Of a stretch of 64,000 bases of DNA, positions 12,419-22,504 are shown in pieces. The stretch comes from Bacilli bacterium (lineage in GTDB: Bacteria; Bacillota_I; Bacilli_A; RF39; UBA660), in contig JAGAYJ010000008.1 in NCBI GenBank assembly GCA_017940575.1, positions 350 through 64,349 of the forward strand. Reading direction: 5' to 3'. The notes below the pieces were generated by a model, which ran no database searches, had not been told where the DNA came from, and saw nothing but the letters and a program-made list of their open reading frames with translations. Each line of letters opens with the position of its first letter. Positions within the stretch are counted from its first letter, which is position 1. A program made the translations under genes and the position numbers.

Positions 12419-13771
12419 ATGGAAGATACAATAGTTGCTATTTCAACAGCTCTTGGTGTTGGTGCTATATCAATTGTAAGAGTAAGTGGAACTGATGCTA
12501 TATCTATCGTAAATAGTGTATTTAATGGAAAAAATCTAGAAGAAGTTCCAACTCATACTATAAATTATGGTAAAATAGTTGATAATAAAGATGAAATAGA
12601 TGAAGTTTTGATAAGTATTATGAGAGCTCCTCGTACTTTTACACGCGAGGATGTTGTTGAAATTAACTGTCATGGCGGTATTATGACTACTCAAAAAGTA
12701 CTAGAACTATTAATTAGAAAAGGATGTAGACTTGCAGAACCTGGTGAATTTACAAAAAGAGCCTTCTTAAATGGAAGAATAGATTTAACAGAAGCTGAAG
12801 GTATTATGGACTTAATAGATGCTAAAACTGAAAATATGAGAAAAATGGCCATGAATAAAGTTAATGGTAGAGTATCTGGTATGATTAAGAATCTACGTGA
12901 TTCTCTTGCTCAAATTATATCTAACATTGAAGTTAATATAGATTATCCTGAATATGATGATATAGAAGAAATGACTGTTGATATGATAAGAGATAGAGTT
13001 TCAAATATTGAAAATGAGATATCTAAGATTCTAAAAGAAAGTGAATCAGGTAAGATTTTAAAAGAAGGTATTAAAACATCTATAATAGGAAGACCTAATG
13101 TTGGAAAAAGTAGCTTACTTAATTTACTTTTAGATGAAGATAAAGCAATAGTTACCGATATTGAAGGTACAACTAGAGATATTGTAGAAGGTACACTAAA
13201 TTTAGATGGTATTGTTTTAAATATGATAGATACTGCTGGAATTAGAAAAACTGATAATATAGTAGAACAAATAGGTGTTAATAAAAGTATTGATTTAATA
13301 GAAAAATCTGATTTAATTTTATTTGTTTTAAATAATAATGAAGAAATTACTGAAGATGAAATAAAGTTATATGAACAAGTAAAAAATAAAAATCATATTA
13401 TTATAATAAATAAAATAGATCTAGAAAATAAATTAAAATTACCATTTGATGATGAAAATATCATAAAGATGAGTACACTTAATAATACAGGTTTAGATGA
13501 TTTAAAAGAAATAATTAAAAAATTATTTAAATTAGAAAATATAGAAACTTCAGATTTTACATATATAACAAATTCTAAAGATATTGCTATATTAAAAGAT
13601 TGCCTAGATTCAATAAACGATATAAAAGAGTCATTAAAACATGATATTTCTATTGATATGATAGAAATAGATATTAAAAATATATGGAATAAATTAGGTG
13701 AAATTATAGGTTTAACTTATGAAGATGAGTTAATTGACTATATGTTTAGTCATTTTTGCTTAGGAAAATAG
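12419..13771 (+). CDS. mnmE: tRNA modification GTPase MnmE
   Basis: 450 aa. Motifs GAISIVRVSG, GRPNVGKSSLLN, DTAGIR and C-terminal FCLGK. Confidence 0.96.
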   Translation: MEDTIVAISTALGVGAISIVRVSGTDAISIVNSVFNGKNLEEVPTHTINYGKIVDNKDEIDEVLISIMRAPRTFTREDVVEINCHGGIMTTQKVLELLIRKGCRLAEPGEFTKRAFLNGRIDLTEAEGIMDLIDAKTENMRKMAMNKVNGRVSGMIKNLRDSLAQIISNIEVNIDYPEYDDIEEMTVDMIRDRVSNIENEISKILKESESGKILKEGIKTSIIGRPNVGKSSLLNLLLDEDKAIVTDIEGTTRDIVEGTLNLDGIVLNMIDTAGIRKTDNIVEQIGVNKSIDLIEKSDLILFVLNNNEEITEDEIKLYEQVKNKNHIIIINKIDLENKLKLPFDDENIIKMSTLNNTGLDDLKEIIKKLFKLENIETSDFTYITNSKDIAILKDCLDSINDIKESLKHDISIDMIEIDIKNIWNKLGEIIGLTYEDELIDYMFSHFCLGK

Positions 13772-13832
13772 TCATAAGACTATTTTTTTTTAACAATTTA
13801 GAGTATAATATTAAAAGTTTGGATGTGATTTT

Positions 13833-15728
13833 ATGAAATATGAAATTATTGTTGTTGGTGGAGGACATGCTGGATGTGAAGCATCGCTTGCGGCATCTCG
13901 TATAGGACATAAAACTTTACTTGTTACAGGTAATATTAAAAATATAGGAGATATGCCATGTAACCCATCTATTGGTGGTTCTGCTAAAGGTATTGTAGTT
14001 AGAGAAATTGATGCCTTAGGTGGTGAAATGGGTAAGAATGCAGATAAGTCTCAGATACAAATGAAAATGCTAAATTATAAAAAGGGACCTGCAATTCGTG
14101 CCTTAAGAGCGCAAGCTGATAAAGTGACTTATCCACAGAATATGTGGAAAACTATTCAAAATCAGGCTAATTTAGACGTAAAAGAGGGCCTTGTAGAGGA
14201 CTTAATTGTTGAAAACAATAAAATAATGGGTGTTATCTTAGAAGATGGTGAAAAAATATTTGCTGATGCTGTAATACTTACAACAGGAACTTACCTAAAA
14301 GCTGATATATTAGTAGGAGATACTAGAAGAAGAGAAGGACCACATGGAGAGAGACCATCTAATCATTTAAGTGATAATCTAAGAAGATTAGGATTTGAAA
14401 TTAAAAGACTTAAGACAGGTACTCCACAAAGAATTGATGTAAATACAATTGATTTTTCAAAAACAAGAGAAGAAAAAGGATCAGATATTCCTTTAACATT
14501 CTCATTTGATGATAAACCAAATTATAAAATGGAAGATCAAATACCATGTCATTTAATTTATACAACAGAGGAAACTCATAAAATAATAAGAGATAACTTA
14601 ACTAAATCAAGTATGTATGGTGGACTAGATGATATAGAGGGAATTGGACCTAGATATTGTCCATCAATAGAAGATAAAGTAGTTAGATTTGCTGATAAAG
14701 AAAGACATCAATTATTCTTAGAACCTGAAAGTATTATAAAAGATAATGAAACATATGGTAATACTATATACCTTCAAGGTTTCTCAACAAGTATGCCTTA
14801 TGATATACAAGAGCGTATGGTACATAGTCTACCAGGTTTAGAAAATGCTAAAATATTAAAGTATGCATATGCAATAGAGTATGATTCAATTAATCCACTA
14901 CAACTTAAACAATCTTTAGAAACTAAAAAAGTAGAAGGTTTATTTACAGCAGGACAAATAAATGGTACAAGTGGATATGAAGAAGCTGCATGTCAAGGAT
15001 TAATGGCGGGTATTAATGCCGCTTTAAAATTAGAAGGAAAAGAACCATTAATCTTAAAGAGAAATGAAGCATATATTGGTGTTTTAATAGATGACTTAGT
15101 AACTAAAGGAATAAGAGATCCTTATAGATTACTTACATCACGTGCTGAATATAGATTACTTCTTAGAAGTGATAATGCTGATCTTAGACTTAGAGAACAT
15201 GGATATGAAGTAGGTTTAATTAGTGAAGAAAGACACAATAATCTATTAAATAAGAAGAAAAATATTAATGAATTAATGGAATATTTAAAAAGTGTCAAAA
15301 TTACACCAAATAAAGAAAACCTTGAAAAATTAAGCAAAATTGATACTACACCTCTAAAAGATGGTATAAGTGCACTTGATTTTATAAGAAGACCAGAAGT
15401 AACTATAAAAGAGTTAAAAGAACTTGGCTTAATTAATATCGATTATAGTGATGATATTATTGAACAAGTAGAGATAAATGTTAAATATGAAGGTTATATT
15501 AATAAAGAAATCAGAGAAGCATCTAAAATGTTAAAATTAGAAGATAAAAAAATACCAGATGATATTGATTATGATGATGTATCTAATATTGCAAGTGAAG
15601 CAAGACAAAAATTAAAAGAAGTAAAACCAACATCAATCGGTCAAGCAATAAGAATTAGTGGAGTAAATCCTGCCGATATATCAATTTTAATGGTTTACTT
15701 AAGAAAGTATTATAATGAATCAAAATAG
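13833..15728 (+). CDS. mnmG: tRNA uridine 5-carboxymethylaminomethyl modification enzyme MnmG
   Basis: 631 aa. Motifs VVGGGHAGCEA, GPRYCPSIEDK, FTAGQINGTSGYEEAA. Confidence 0.96.
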   Translation: MKYEIIVVGGGHAGCEASLAASRIGHKTLLVTGNIKNIGDMPCNPSIGGSAKGIVVREIDALGGEMGKNADKSQIQMKMLNYKKGPAIRALRAQADKVTYPQNMWKTIQNQANLDVKEGLVEDLIVENNKIMGVILEDGEKIFADAVILTTGTYLKADILVGDTRRREGPHGERPSNHLSDNLRRLGFEIKRLKTGTPQRIDVNTIDFSKTREEKGSDIPLTFSFDDKPNYKMEDQIPCHLIYTTEETHKIIRDNLTKSSMYGGLDDIEGIGPRYCPSIEDKVVRFADKERHQLFLEPESIIKDNETYGNTIYLQGFSTSMPYDIQERMVHSLPGLENAKILKYAYAIEYDSINPLQLKQSLETKKVEGLFTAGQINGTSGYEEAACQGLMAGINAALKLEGKEPLILKRNEAYIGVLIDDLVTKGIRDPYRLLTSRAEYRLLLRSDNADLRLREHGYEVGLISEERHNNLLNKKKNINELMEYLKSVKITPNKENLEKLSKIDTTPLKDGISALDFIRRPEVTIKELKELGLINIDYSDDIIEQVEINVKYEGYINKEIREASKMLKLEDKKIPDDIDYDDVSNIASEARQKLKEVKPTSIGQAIRISGVNPADISILMVYLRKYYNESK

Positions 15729-16416
15729 ATTTATTGAAGAATTAAATAAATTAGGAATTAATTTATCTGATACTCAACTTAATCAATTAGATAAATATTA
15801 TTGCTTACTTGTTGAATATAACAAAGTAATGAACTTAACTGGTATAACAGAGCATGATGAAGTTTATTTAAAACACTTCTATGATTCTATTACTATAATA
15901 AAAACAATTGATTTAAAAAGTATTAATACACTATGTGATATAGGAACAGGTGCTGGATTTCCAGGATTGGTTTTAAAAATAGTGTTTCCAAACCTTGCAG
16001 TAACACTCCTAGACTCTTTAAATAAAAGAATTAATTTCTTAAATACAGTTATAAAGGAGTTAAATCTTCAAAATATTGAAGCAATACATGCTAGAGCAGA
16101 AGAATATGCTACTCTTAATAGAAATAAATTTGATGTAACTACATCAAGAGCAGTAGCTCATCTTTCTAACTTGCTTGAATATGCTATTCCAATGACTAAA
16201 GAAAATGGATATTTTATAGCTTTAAAAGGAAACCTAGATGAAGAGTTAAATGAAGCATCTAATGCTATAAAACTTTTAAATGTAGAATTAACTGATAAAC
16301 AAGAATTTAAACTTCCAATAGAAGATAGTAATAGAACAATTGTTAAATTTAAAAAAAATAAAGATAATAAAAAATATCCAAGAAAGTATAGCGAAATAAA
16401 AAAAAATAGGTTATAA
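15715..16416 (+). CDS. rsmG: 16S rRNA m7G527 methyltransferase RsmG
   Basis: 233 aa. Motifs DIGTGAGFPGLVLKI and SRAVA. Overlaps the mnmG end. Confidence 0.93.
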   Translation: MNQNRFIEELNKLGINLSDTQLNQLDKYYCLLVEYNKVMNLTGITEHDEVYLKHFYDSITIIKTIDLKSINTLCDIGTGAGFPGLVLKIVFPNLAVTLLDSLNKRINFLNTVIKELNLQNIEAIHARAEEYATLNRNKFDVTTSRAVAHLSNLLEYAIPMTKENGYFIALKGNLDEELNEASNAIKLLNVELTDKQEFKLPIEDSNRTIVKFKKNKDNKKYPRKYSEIKKNRL

Positions 16417-16428
16417 ACCTATTTTTTT
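16398..16428 (+). terminator. intrinsic terminator of rsmG (stop codon in the loop)
   Basis: AATAGGTT-ATA-AACCTATT followed by TTTTT. Confidence 0.6.
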
Positions 16429-16504
16429 ATTATATTTCCCAAAATTAATTGCATTATTTCCCAAAGTATTGTATTATAATTATAAGAGTAGGAAGAGGGA
16501 TAAT

Positions 16505-18157
16505 ATGGAAGAGGAAAGAAAAGTTGTTACACTAAATATTGATGATATTTTGCCCAATCGTTTTCAACCAAGAATTCAATTTAATGAACAAGCAATAAAT
16601 GAACTTGCTGAATCAATTAAATTACATGGTGTAATACAACCAATTGTTGTAAGAAAAATAAGTGACAAATATGAAATTATAGCTGGTGAGAGAAGATATA
16701 AAGCAAGTATTATGGCAGGTAAAACTACAATTCCTGCAATTGTAACATCATTAGATGACAGAAATAGTGCTGAAGTTGCTTTAATTGAAAATGTACAAAG
16801 ACAAGATTTAACTCCAATAGAAGAAGCTATATCTTATAAAAAAATACTTGATATGGGATATATTAATCAAGAAGAGTTAGGATCTAAATTAGGTAAAAAA
16901 CAATCTACTATTGCCAATAAACTTAGACTTCTTAATCTATCAGATGAAGTACAAGAAGCTTTAATGGAAAATAAAATATCAGAAAGACATGCAAGATCGT
17001 TATTAAAATTAAACGAAAATGATCAATTATTAATGTTAAATAGAATTATAAGTGAAAGATTAACTGTTAGAAAAACAGATGAAGAAATAGCAAAATTACT
17101 AGAAAACAACGGTGGTAGTCAAAAAGAAATAAATGATGAAAAGGGAGAACAAAAAATGAACAATGATATCTTAAGAGATTTTAACATACCTACAGAACCT
17201 ATTATTAACGATACTGTAGAAAATAAAACAGAACCAATGGTTGAACAACCAATACAACCTATTATTGATGATAACAAAGAAGAAATTAATCCAGTTACTA
17301 ATGTTGAAAAAGAAGAAACAATTAATCCTGGATTTATGGATATTGATAAAATTGAACAAATGGCTGAAGATATTAATAAACCTGAAGTTAAAATGCCTAC
17401 AGAAGATTTATTAAAACCAGCAGAACCAGTAGCACCACAACCAAGTTATGATGAAGTAGCTCAACCAACACATGAAGAACCTATACAACAAAGTATGCCT
17501 CAAGGTGGTAAATTCTTTAATATGTTTAATTTTAGTGAACCAGAAAAAGATGAATCATTTATAGAAGATATTGAAGAAGGTCAAGTTAATATGGATTTTG
17601 GTGATAATTTAAATAATCCAAGTCCTTTTAATCCAATAATTGAACCTGTTCAACCAGAACCAATTGTTGAAGATATTAAAGAAGAAAAATCTACAGAACC
17701 TGTAAATGATCCATTTTCATTTGGTGAATCTGTTTCATTTGATAATGAAATTAAACCTGTAGAACCAATATCATATGAGGAAAAAGAAGAAGAATTAGTA
17801 AATCCAACTCCAGCACCTACTGATGTAAACCCATTTAATGAGACTGTTCAACCTTTCTCACTTACTGACGATGGTTTTAGTACAACTAATACTCAACCTC
17901 AAACTAGTTATGAACAACCTGCATTTGAACGTCCATATATGATGAATAGTGATGTTAACTTTGATGAAGAAGGAGAAATAGAAGTAAAACTTCCAAATTA
18001 TAATGAACCAGAAATTAAAGTTGATATGAAAACAGTTATTAATACTATTAGAGAATGTGCAGCTCAAATTGAAAAATATGGTTATAAAGTAGATACTGAT
18101 GAAATTGATTTAGCTGATACATATGAAGTAACATTTAGAATTAATAAAAATGATTAA
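16505..18157 (+). CDS. noc: ParB-family protein, Noc-like, with a ~300-aa acidic low-complexity insertion
   Basis: ORF track 16469..18157. The ATG at 16505 follows SD GGAAGAGGGA. Motifs ILPNRFQPR, IIAGERRYKAS (CTP-binding GERR), QSTIANKLRLLNL and ISERHARSLL match Noc better than Spo0J. C-terminus INTIRE...YEVTFRINK resembles the Noc C-terminal domain. Confidence 0.8.
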   Translation: MEEERKVVTLNIDDILPNRFQPRIQFNEQAINELAESIKLHGVIQPIVVRKISDKYEIIAGERRYKASIMAGKTTIPAIVTSLDDRNSAEVALIENVQRQDLTPIEEAISYKKILDMGYINQEELGSKLGKKQSTIANKLRLLNLSDEVQEALMENKISERHARSLLKLNENDQLLMLNRIISERLTVRKTDEEIAKLLENNGGSQKEINDEKGEQKMNNDILRDFNIPTEPIINDTVENKTEPMVEQPIQPIIDDNKEEINPVTNVEKEETINPGFMDIDKIEQMAEDINKPEVKMPTEDLLKPAEPVAPQPSYDEVAQPTHEEPIQQSMPQGGKFFNMFNFSEPEKDESFIEDIEEGQVNMDFGDNLNNPSPFNPIIEPVQPEPIVEDIKEEKSTEPVNDPFSFGESVSFDNEIKPVEPISYEEKEEELVNPTPAPTDVNPFNETVQPFSLTDDGFSTTNTQPQTSYEQPAFERPYMMNSDVNFDEEGEIEVKLPNYNEPEIKVDMKTVINTIRECAAQIEKYGYKVDTDEIDLADTYEVTFRINKND

Positions 18158-18222
18158 ATATAATACCTTTAAAGCTATAATAAAACTTTAAAGGTTTTTT
18201 AAAAATTAAAGGAGAATAGAAT

Positions 18223-19293
18223 ATGAATAATAAAGATTTTCAAAATGAATTTAGTTTAGAAAATAAAGAATATCATCATAATACACTTTTATTTTTAATT
18301 TTAGAAGTGTTTATATCAGCTATATTAAGTTTAATTATAGTAGCACAAATACCAAACATATCACTTAAATCCATTTTTCTAATATATATTACAGTTCTTT
18401 TGTTTATAGTACTAATTACACTAAAAAATCGTCTTCTGATTTTTTTTAAAGACTTTAGTGTATTATTTTTAAAAAAACTTACATATAAGCAAACAAAAAA
18501 TTTTGTAAGAAAAGAAAAACTTGAAAAAATAGATTTTAAAAATGATCATAATTATTATCGTGATATTATAAAAAAATATAGTCCAGCGGAACTATTATAT
18601 ATTGATGAATTTCGAACAAATGAAAATTATAAAATATATTTGATGACACTTTTAAATCTTGAATTAAAAAAATATATTTTAATAAAAGAAAATCTTATTA
18701 ATGTAATTAATTCTGATGATAGTAATTTAAAATTATCAGAAAAATATGTTATGTCCTGTATAAAAAATGGAAAATTACATGTAAATACAAAAGAAGATAA
18801 AATATATGAGTATGTAAAAGAAGAGGCAATTAAAGATAATTTAATTAAAGAAGAAGATAAAAATTTAAAACCTTTGATTTCGAACAAGAAATTTTTAATT
18901 TTAAATCTTTTCTTACTATTAAATACTTTATTTACGCCAATTTGGTTTGTATATATTCAGAATAAAATATTATTAAGTATATTACTAATTATTTTTATTA
19001 TTTCTTTCCTTTTACTTGTTGTATTTTTTCCTTTATCTTTATATTATTATGAAAAGTATTATGAATTGAATCATAAATTAAATAATTATGTTAGAACAGA
19101 AGAAGGAAGTCGTATAAATTATAAGTTAAATGGTTTAAAAAATTATATAAAAGATTTTAGTAATTTAGATGAAAAAGATAAAGAAAATATTAATCTTTGG
19201 GAGGATTATTTAATTTATTCAATTATGTTTAATATAAATAATAATGTTTTAAATGAAATGGTTGGTTTAATTGAAATAAGAGCAAATGTATAA
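18223..19293 (+). CDS. multi-pass membrane protein, unknown function (C-terminal part reminiscent of DUF2207)
   Basis: 356 aa with several hydrophobic segments. SD AAAGGAGAA upstream. No confident family assignment. Confidence 0.65.
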   Translation: MNNKDFQNEFSLENKEYHHNTLLFLILEVFISAILSLIIVAQIPNISLKSIFLIYITVLLFIVLITLKNRLLIFFKDFSVLFLKKLTYKQTKNFVRKEKLEKIDFKNDHNYYRDIIKKYSPAELLYIDEFRTNENYKIYLMTLLNLELKKYILIKENLINVINSDDSNLKLSEKYVMSCIKNGKLHVNTKEDKIYEYVKEEAIKDNLIKEEDKNLKPLISNKKFLILNLFLLLNTLFTPIWFVYIQNKILLSILLIIFIISFLLLVVFFPLSLYYYEKYYELNHKLNNYVRTEEGSRINYKLNGLKNYIKDFSNLDEKDKENINLWEDYLIYSIMFNINNNVLNEMVGLIEIRANV

Positions 19294-19348
19294 TTTAAAT
19301 AGTATTTACTTTTGTTGTAAAAAGATATAGAATGAAAAAGGTGATAAT

Positions 19349-20026
19349 ATGAAAAAAATAATATTTATACTAACTATGTTATTAATTCCATTTAGTGTAA
19401 TGGCATCAGAATATAAACTATCTGATATGAATATTAATGTTTCTGATGATTGGTATACATTTACTAAAGATAACATAAGAAATAATCAAGATTTAAAATT
19501 ACTTGGTGTTAGTGAAGAATACATGAATAATTTATTTGCAAGTGATTTATATAGACTTGATGCTATTAAATTTGAAAATGATGAGGTTATTGAATTATTC
19601 GTTATAACTAAAGATGTTAATACACTTAATACTATTGATATGACAGATGATGAGTTGAATGAAGTTAAAGATTATTATAAAAAATTAATTTTAAATGGAA
19701 ATACAGAAGTATTTAAAACAGACAATAATAATTATATAAAAGCTATTTATAGTGATAAAAATTTAAACATCATTGATTATTATGCAACATATAACAATGT
19801 TGGATATACAGTAAAAATTCAAAGAAAATCAGCATTTAGTCAAGAAGAAATTAATAAATTTGATGAAATGGTTAAAAATATAACATTTGGTAATAAAACT
19901 AATGATGTAGAACCTGTAATTGATACTAAAGAAGATGGAAATAGTATTTTAACTGGAGCTATTATAGGTGCTATTATTGGTAGTATAATTGGTCTAATTG
20001 GATATATAATAAAAAATAGAAAATAA
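19349..20026 (+). CDS. secreted/anchored hypothetical protein (signal peptide plus C-terminal TM)
   Basis: 225 aa. N-terminus MKKIIFILTMLLIPFSVMA, C-terminus GAIIGAIIGSIIGLIGYIIKNRK. SD GGTGATAAT upstream. Confidence 0.7.
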   Translation: MKKIIFILTMLLIPFSVMASEYKLSDMNINVSDDWYTFTKDNIRNNQDLKLLGVSEEYMNNLFASDLYRLDAIKFENDEVIELFVITKDVNTLNTIDMTDDELNEVKDYYKKLILNGNTEVFKTDNNNYIKAIYSDKNLNIIDYYATYNNVGYTVKIQRKSAFSQEEINKFDEMVKNITFGNKTNDVEPVIDTKEDGNSILTGAIIGAIIGSIIGLIGYIIKNRK

Positions 20027-20090
20027 ACTCTTTATAGAGTTTTTTTTTAGATGTTTTTATGTTAATATATATTTGATTTGAGGTGATAAT

Positions 20091-22049
20091 ATGAATAAAT
20101 TTAAAATTCATTCGAAATATAAACCAAGTGGAGATCAACCTAATGCAATTGAGAAATTATCGACGGGTATTATGAATGGTGATAAATGGCAAGTATTATT
20201 AGGAGCAACTGGAACTGGTAAAACATTTACAATTGCTAATGTAATTGAAAAAGTAAATAAACCAACACTAGTACTTGCTCATAATAAAACACTTGCTGGA
20301 CAATTATATTCAGAACTTAAAGAATTATTTCCTGAAAATAGAGTTGAATATTTTGTTTCATATTATGATTATTATCAACCGGAAGCATATGTGGCTAAAA
20401 CAGATACATATATTGAAAAAGATGCGTCCATTAATGATGAGATAGATGAACTTAGACACGCAGCAACATCAGCTCTTTTAACACGTTCTGATACAATAGT
20501 AGTTGCTAGTGTATCTTGTATTTACGGTATTGGAGAAGTTGATGACTATAAGGGTAAAATGTTTACACTAAATGTCGGTGATACAATCTCAAGAGATGAA
20601 GTTATGGAGCATTTAATAGATATGTTCTATGAAAGAAATAATTTAGATTTAAAAAGAGGTACATTTAGAGTTAGAGGAGATATATTAGAACTTGTACCTA
20701 TATCATGGCATGAAAAAGGAATAAGAATTGAGTTTTTTGGAGATGAAATTGATAAAATAGTTGAATTTGATTTAATAACAGGTACTATTACAGCAAATAA
20801 AAATAGTGAAACATTATTTGCAGCTTCTCACTTTGTAACAAGTAAAGAAAAATTAGATAAAGCGATTATTAATATAGAAGATGAATTAGATACTAGACTT
20901 AAATATTTTAAAGAACATGATAAATTACTTGAATACCAAAGATTAAAAGAAAGAACTAATTATGACTTAGAAATGCTTAGAGAAACTGGAACTTGTAGAG
21001 GTGTCGAAAACTATTCAAGACATATGGCTTTAAGAGGACCAGGAGAGACTCCAACTACTTTAATTGATTTCTTTCCGAAAGATTTTTTAATGATAGTAGA
21101 TGAATCACATGTAACACTTCCTCAAGTTAGAGGAATGTTTAATGGTGATCAAGCAAGAAAAGATGTGCTTGTAGAATATGGGTTTAGACTTCCAAGTGCA
21201 AAAGATAATAGACCTTTAAAATTTGATGAATTTGAAAAGAAAATTAATCAAATAATATGTGTATCAGCAACACCAGGTGATTTTGAACTAAAAAAAGCTT
21301 GTAAAAATGTTGTTGAACAAATAATTAGACCTACAGGATTACTTGATCCAACAATAGAGGTTAAACCTACAAATGGTCAAATAGATGATTTGATTTCTAA
21401 TATTAATGATCGAATTAAGAACAATGAGAGAGTTTTAATTACAACGTTAACTATAAGAATGGCTGAAGAACTAACTGAGTATTTAAAAAAATTAGATATA
21501 AAAGTAGCTTATCTTCACAGTGAAATTAAAACATTAGAAAGACTTCAAATAATAAAAGATTTAAGAACTGGAAAATATGATTGTTTAGTTGGAATAAACT
21601 TACTTAGAGAAGGACTTGATATACCAGAGGTTAGTTTAATAGCTATAATGGATGCTGATAAACAAGGATTCCTTAGAAGTGATAGAAGTTTAATTCAAAC
21701 AATAGGTCGTGCTGCACGTAATAGCAAAGGTCATGTTATTATGTATGCTGATACTATAAGTGATTCTATGTCTAAAGCAATAACTGAGACTAAACGTAGA
21801 AGAACAATTCAAGAAGAGTATAATAAGGAACATAATATTGTTCCTACAACAATAAAAAAAGAGATAAGAGAAGTTATTTCAAATTACAAAGAAATAGAAG
21901 ATAAAAAACCTGAAAAGATGTCTAAAGAAGAAACTATTGATTTAATTAATAAAATTGAAATGGAAATGAATGAAGCAGCACGTAATCTTGAATTTGAAAG
22001 AGCTACAGAGTTAAGAGATATTTTATTTGAACTTAAAGAGAAAATTTAA
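20091..22049 (+). CDS. uvrB: excinuclease ABC subunit B
   Basis: 652 aa. Motifs [24 protein letters not shown] and C-terminal UVR motif FERATELRD. No uvrA follows. Confidence 0.96.
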   Translation: MNKFKIHSKYKPSGDQPNAIEKLSTGIMNGDKWQVLLGATGTGKTFTIANVIEKVNKPTLVLAHNKTLAGQLYSELKELFPENRVEYFVSYYDYYQPEAYVAKTDTYIEKDASINDEIDELRHAATSALLTRSDTIVVASVSCIYGIGEVDDYKGKMFTLNVGDTISRDEVMEHLIDMFYERNNLDLKRGTFRVRGDILELVPISWHEKGIRIEFFGDEIDKIVEFDLITGTITANKNSETLFAASHFVTSKEKLDKAIINIEDELDTRLKYFKEHDKLLEYQRLKERTNYDLEMLRETGTCRGVENYSRHMALRGPGETPTTLIDFFPKDFLMIVDESHVTLPQVRGMFNGDQARKDVLVEYGFRLPSAKDNRPLKFDEFEKKINQIICVSATPGDFELKKACKNVVEQIIRPTGLLDPTIEVKPTNGQIDDLISNINDRIKNNERVLITTLTIRMAEELTEYLKKLDIKVAYLHSEIKTLERLQIIKDLRTGKYDCLVGINLLREGLDIPEVSLIAIMDADKQGFLRSDRSLIQTIGRAARNSKGHVIMYADTISDSMSKAITETKRRRTIQEEYNKEHNIVPTTIKKEIREVISNYKEIEDKKPEKMSKEETIDLINKIEMEMNEAARNLEFERATELRDILFELKEKI

Positions 22050-22096
22050 CTTTTTCTCTTTTTTATGATATACTAACTAAAGTAGGAGGCGTATTT

Positions 22097-22504
22097 ATGA
22101 ATAAGAATAATATTAATAATATTATTGAGTGTTTGATTTATATCATGGGATATGCTCTTATTCTAAATATTGTTGCGCTCATATTTAAAAACACAATACA
22201 AATTGATAATAGTTATTATGGAATATGGGGAATAATTGCATCAACAGTAATATATGTTTTAAATAAAACAATAAAACCAATAATTGTTAGATTTACCATT
22301 CCAATAACTGCTTTAACACTTGGAATATTTTATCCTTTTATTAATGTAATTATACTTAAAATAGTAGATTTACTTCTTCTTAGTCATTTTACAATAAATG
22401 GTATAATATTTGCATGTTTAGCTGCAATATTAATTTCTGTATTAAATATTATATTAGATGATAAAATAATAAAACCAATTATTAGAAAGGGTGATAATAA
22501 ATGA
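22097..22504 (+). CDS. phage-holin-4-like (YvlD/PF04020-type) small membrane protein
   Basis: 135 aa, 4 hydrophobic helices. KPIIVRFTIPITALTLGIF resembles the family core. From memory only. Confidence 0.6.
   Translation: MNKNNINNIIECLIYIMGYALILNIVALIFKNTIQIDNSYYGIWGIIASTVIYVLNKTIKPIIVRFTIPITALTLGIFYPFINVIILKIVDLLLLSHFTINGIIFACLAAILISVLNIILDDKIIKPIIRKGDNK

Noticed and set aside
12222-12431. 69-aa minus-strand ORF overlapping the HD gene end and mnmE start
   Set aside because: Antisense to two well-supported genes, with no SD and a low-complexity translation. The same reasoning applies to 15122..15337, 17171..17359, 17858..18067, 18627..18887, 25640..25951, 26665..26889 and 30676..30885.
20081-20093. 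Recurrent 12-13-mer (A)GGTGATAATATG seen before many genes (e.g. 19335, 20081, 29900, 39527, 60029)
   Set aside because: It is not a repeat element. It is simply the preferred Shine-Dalgarno (GGTGAT, complementary to the 16S 3' end) with optimal spacing to the ATG.
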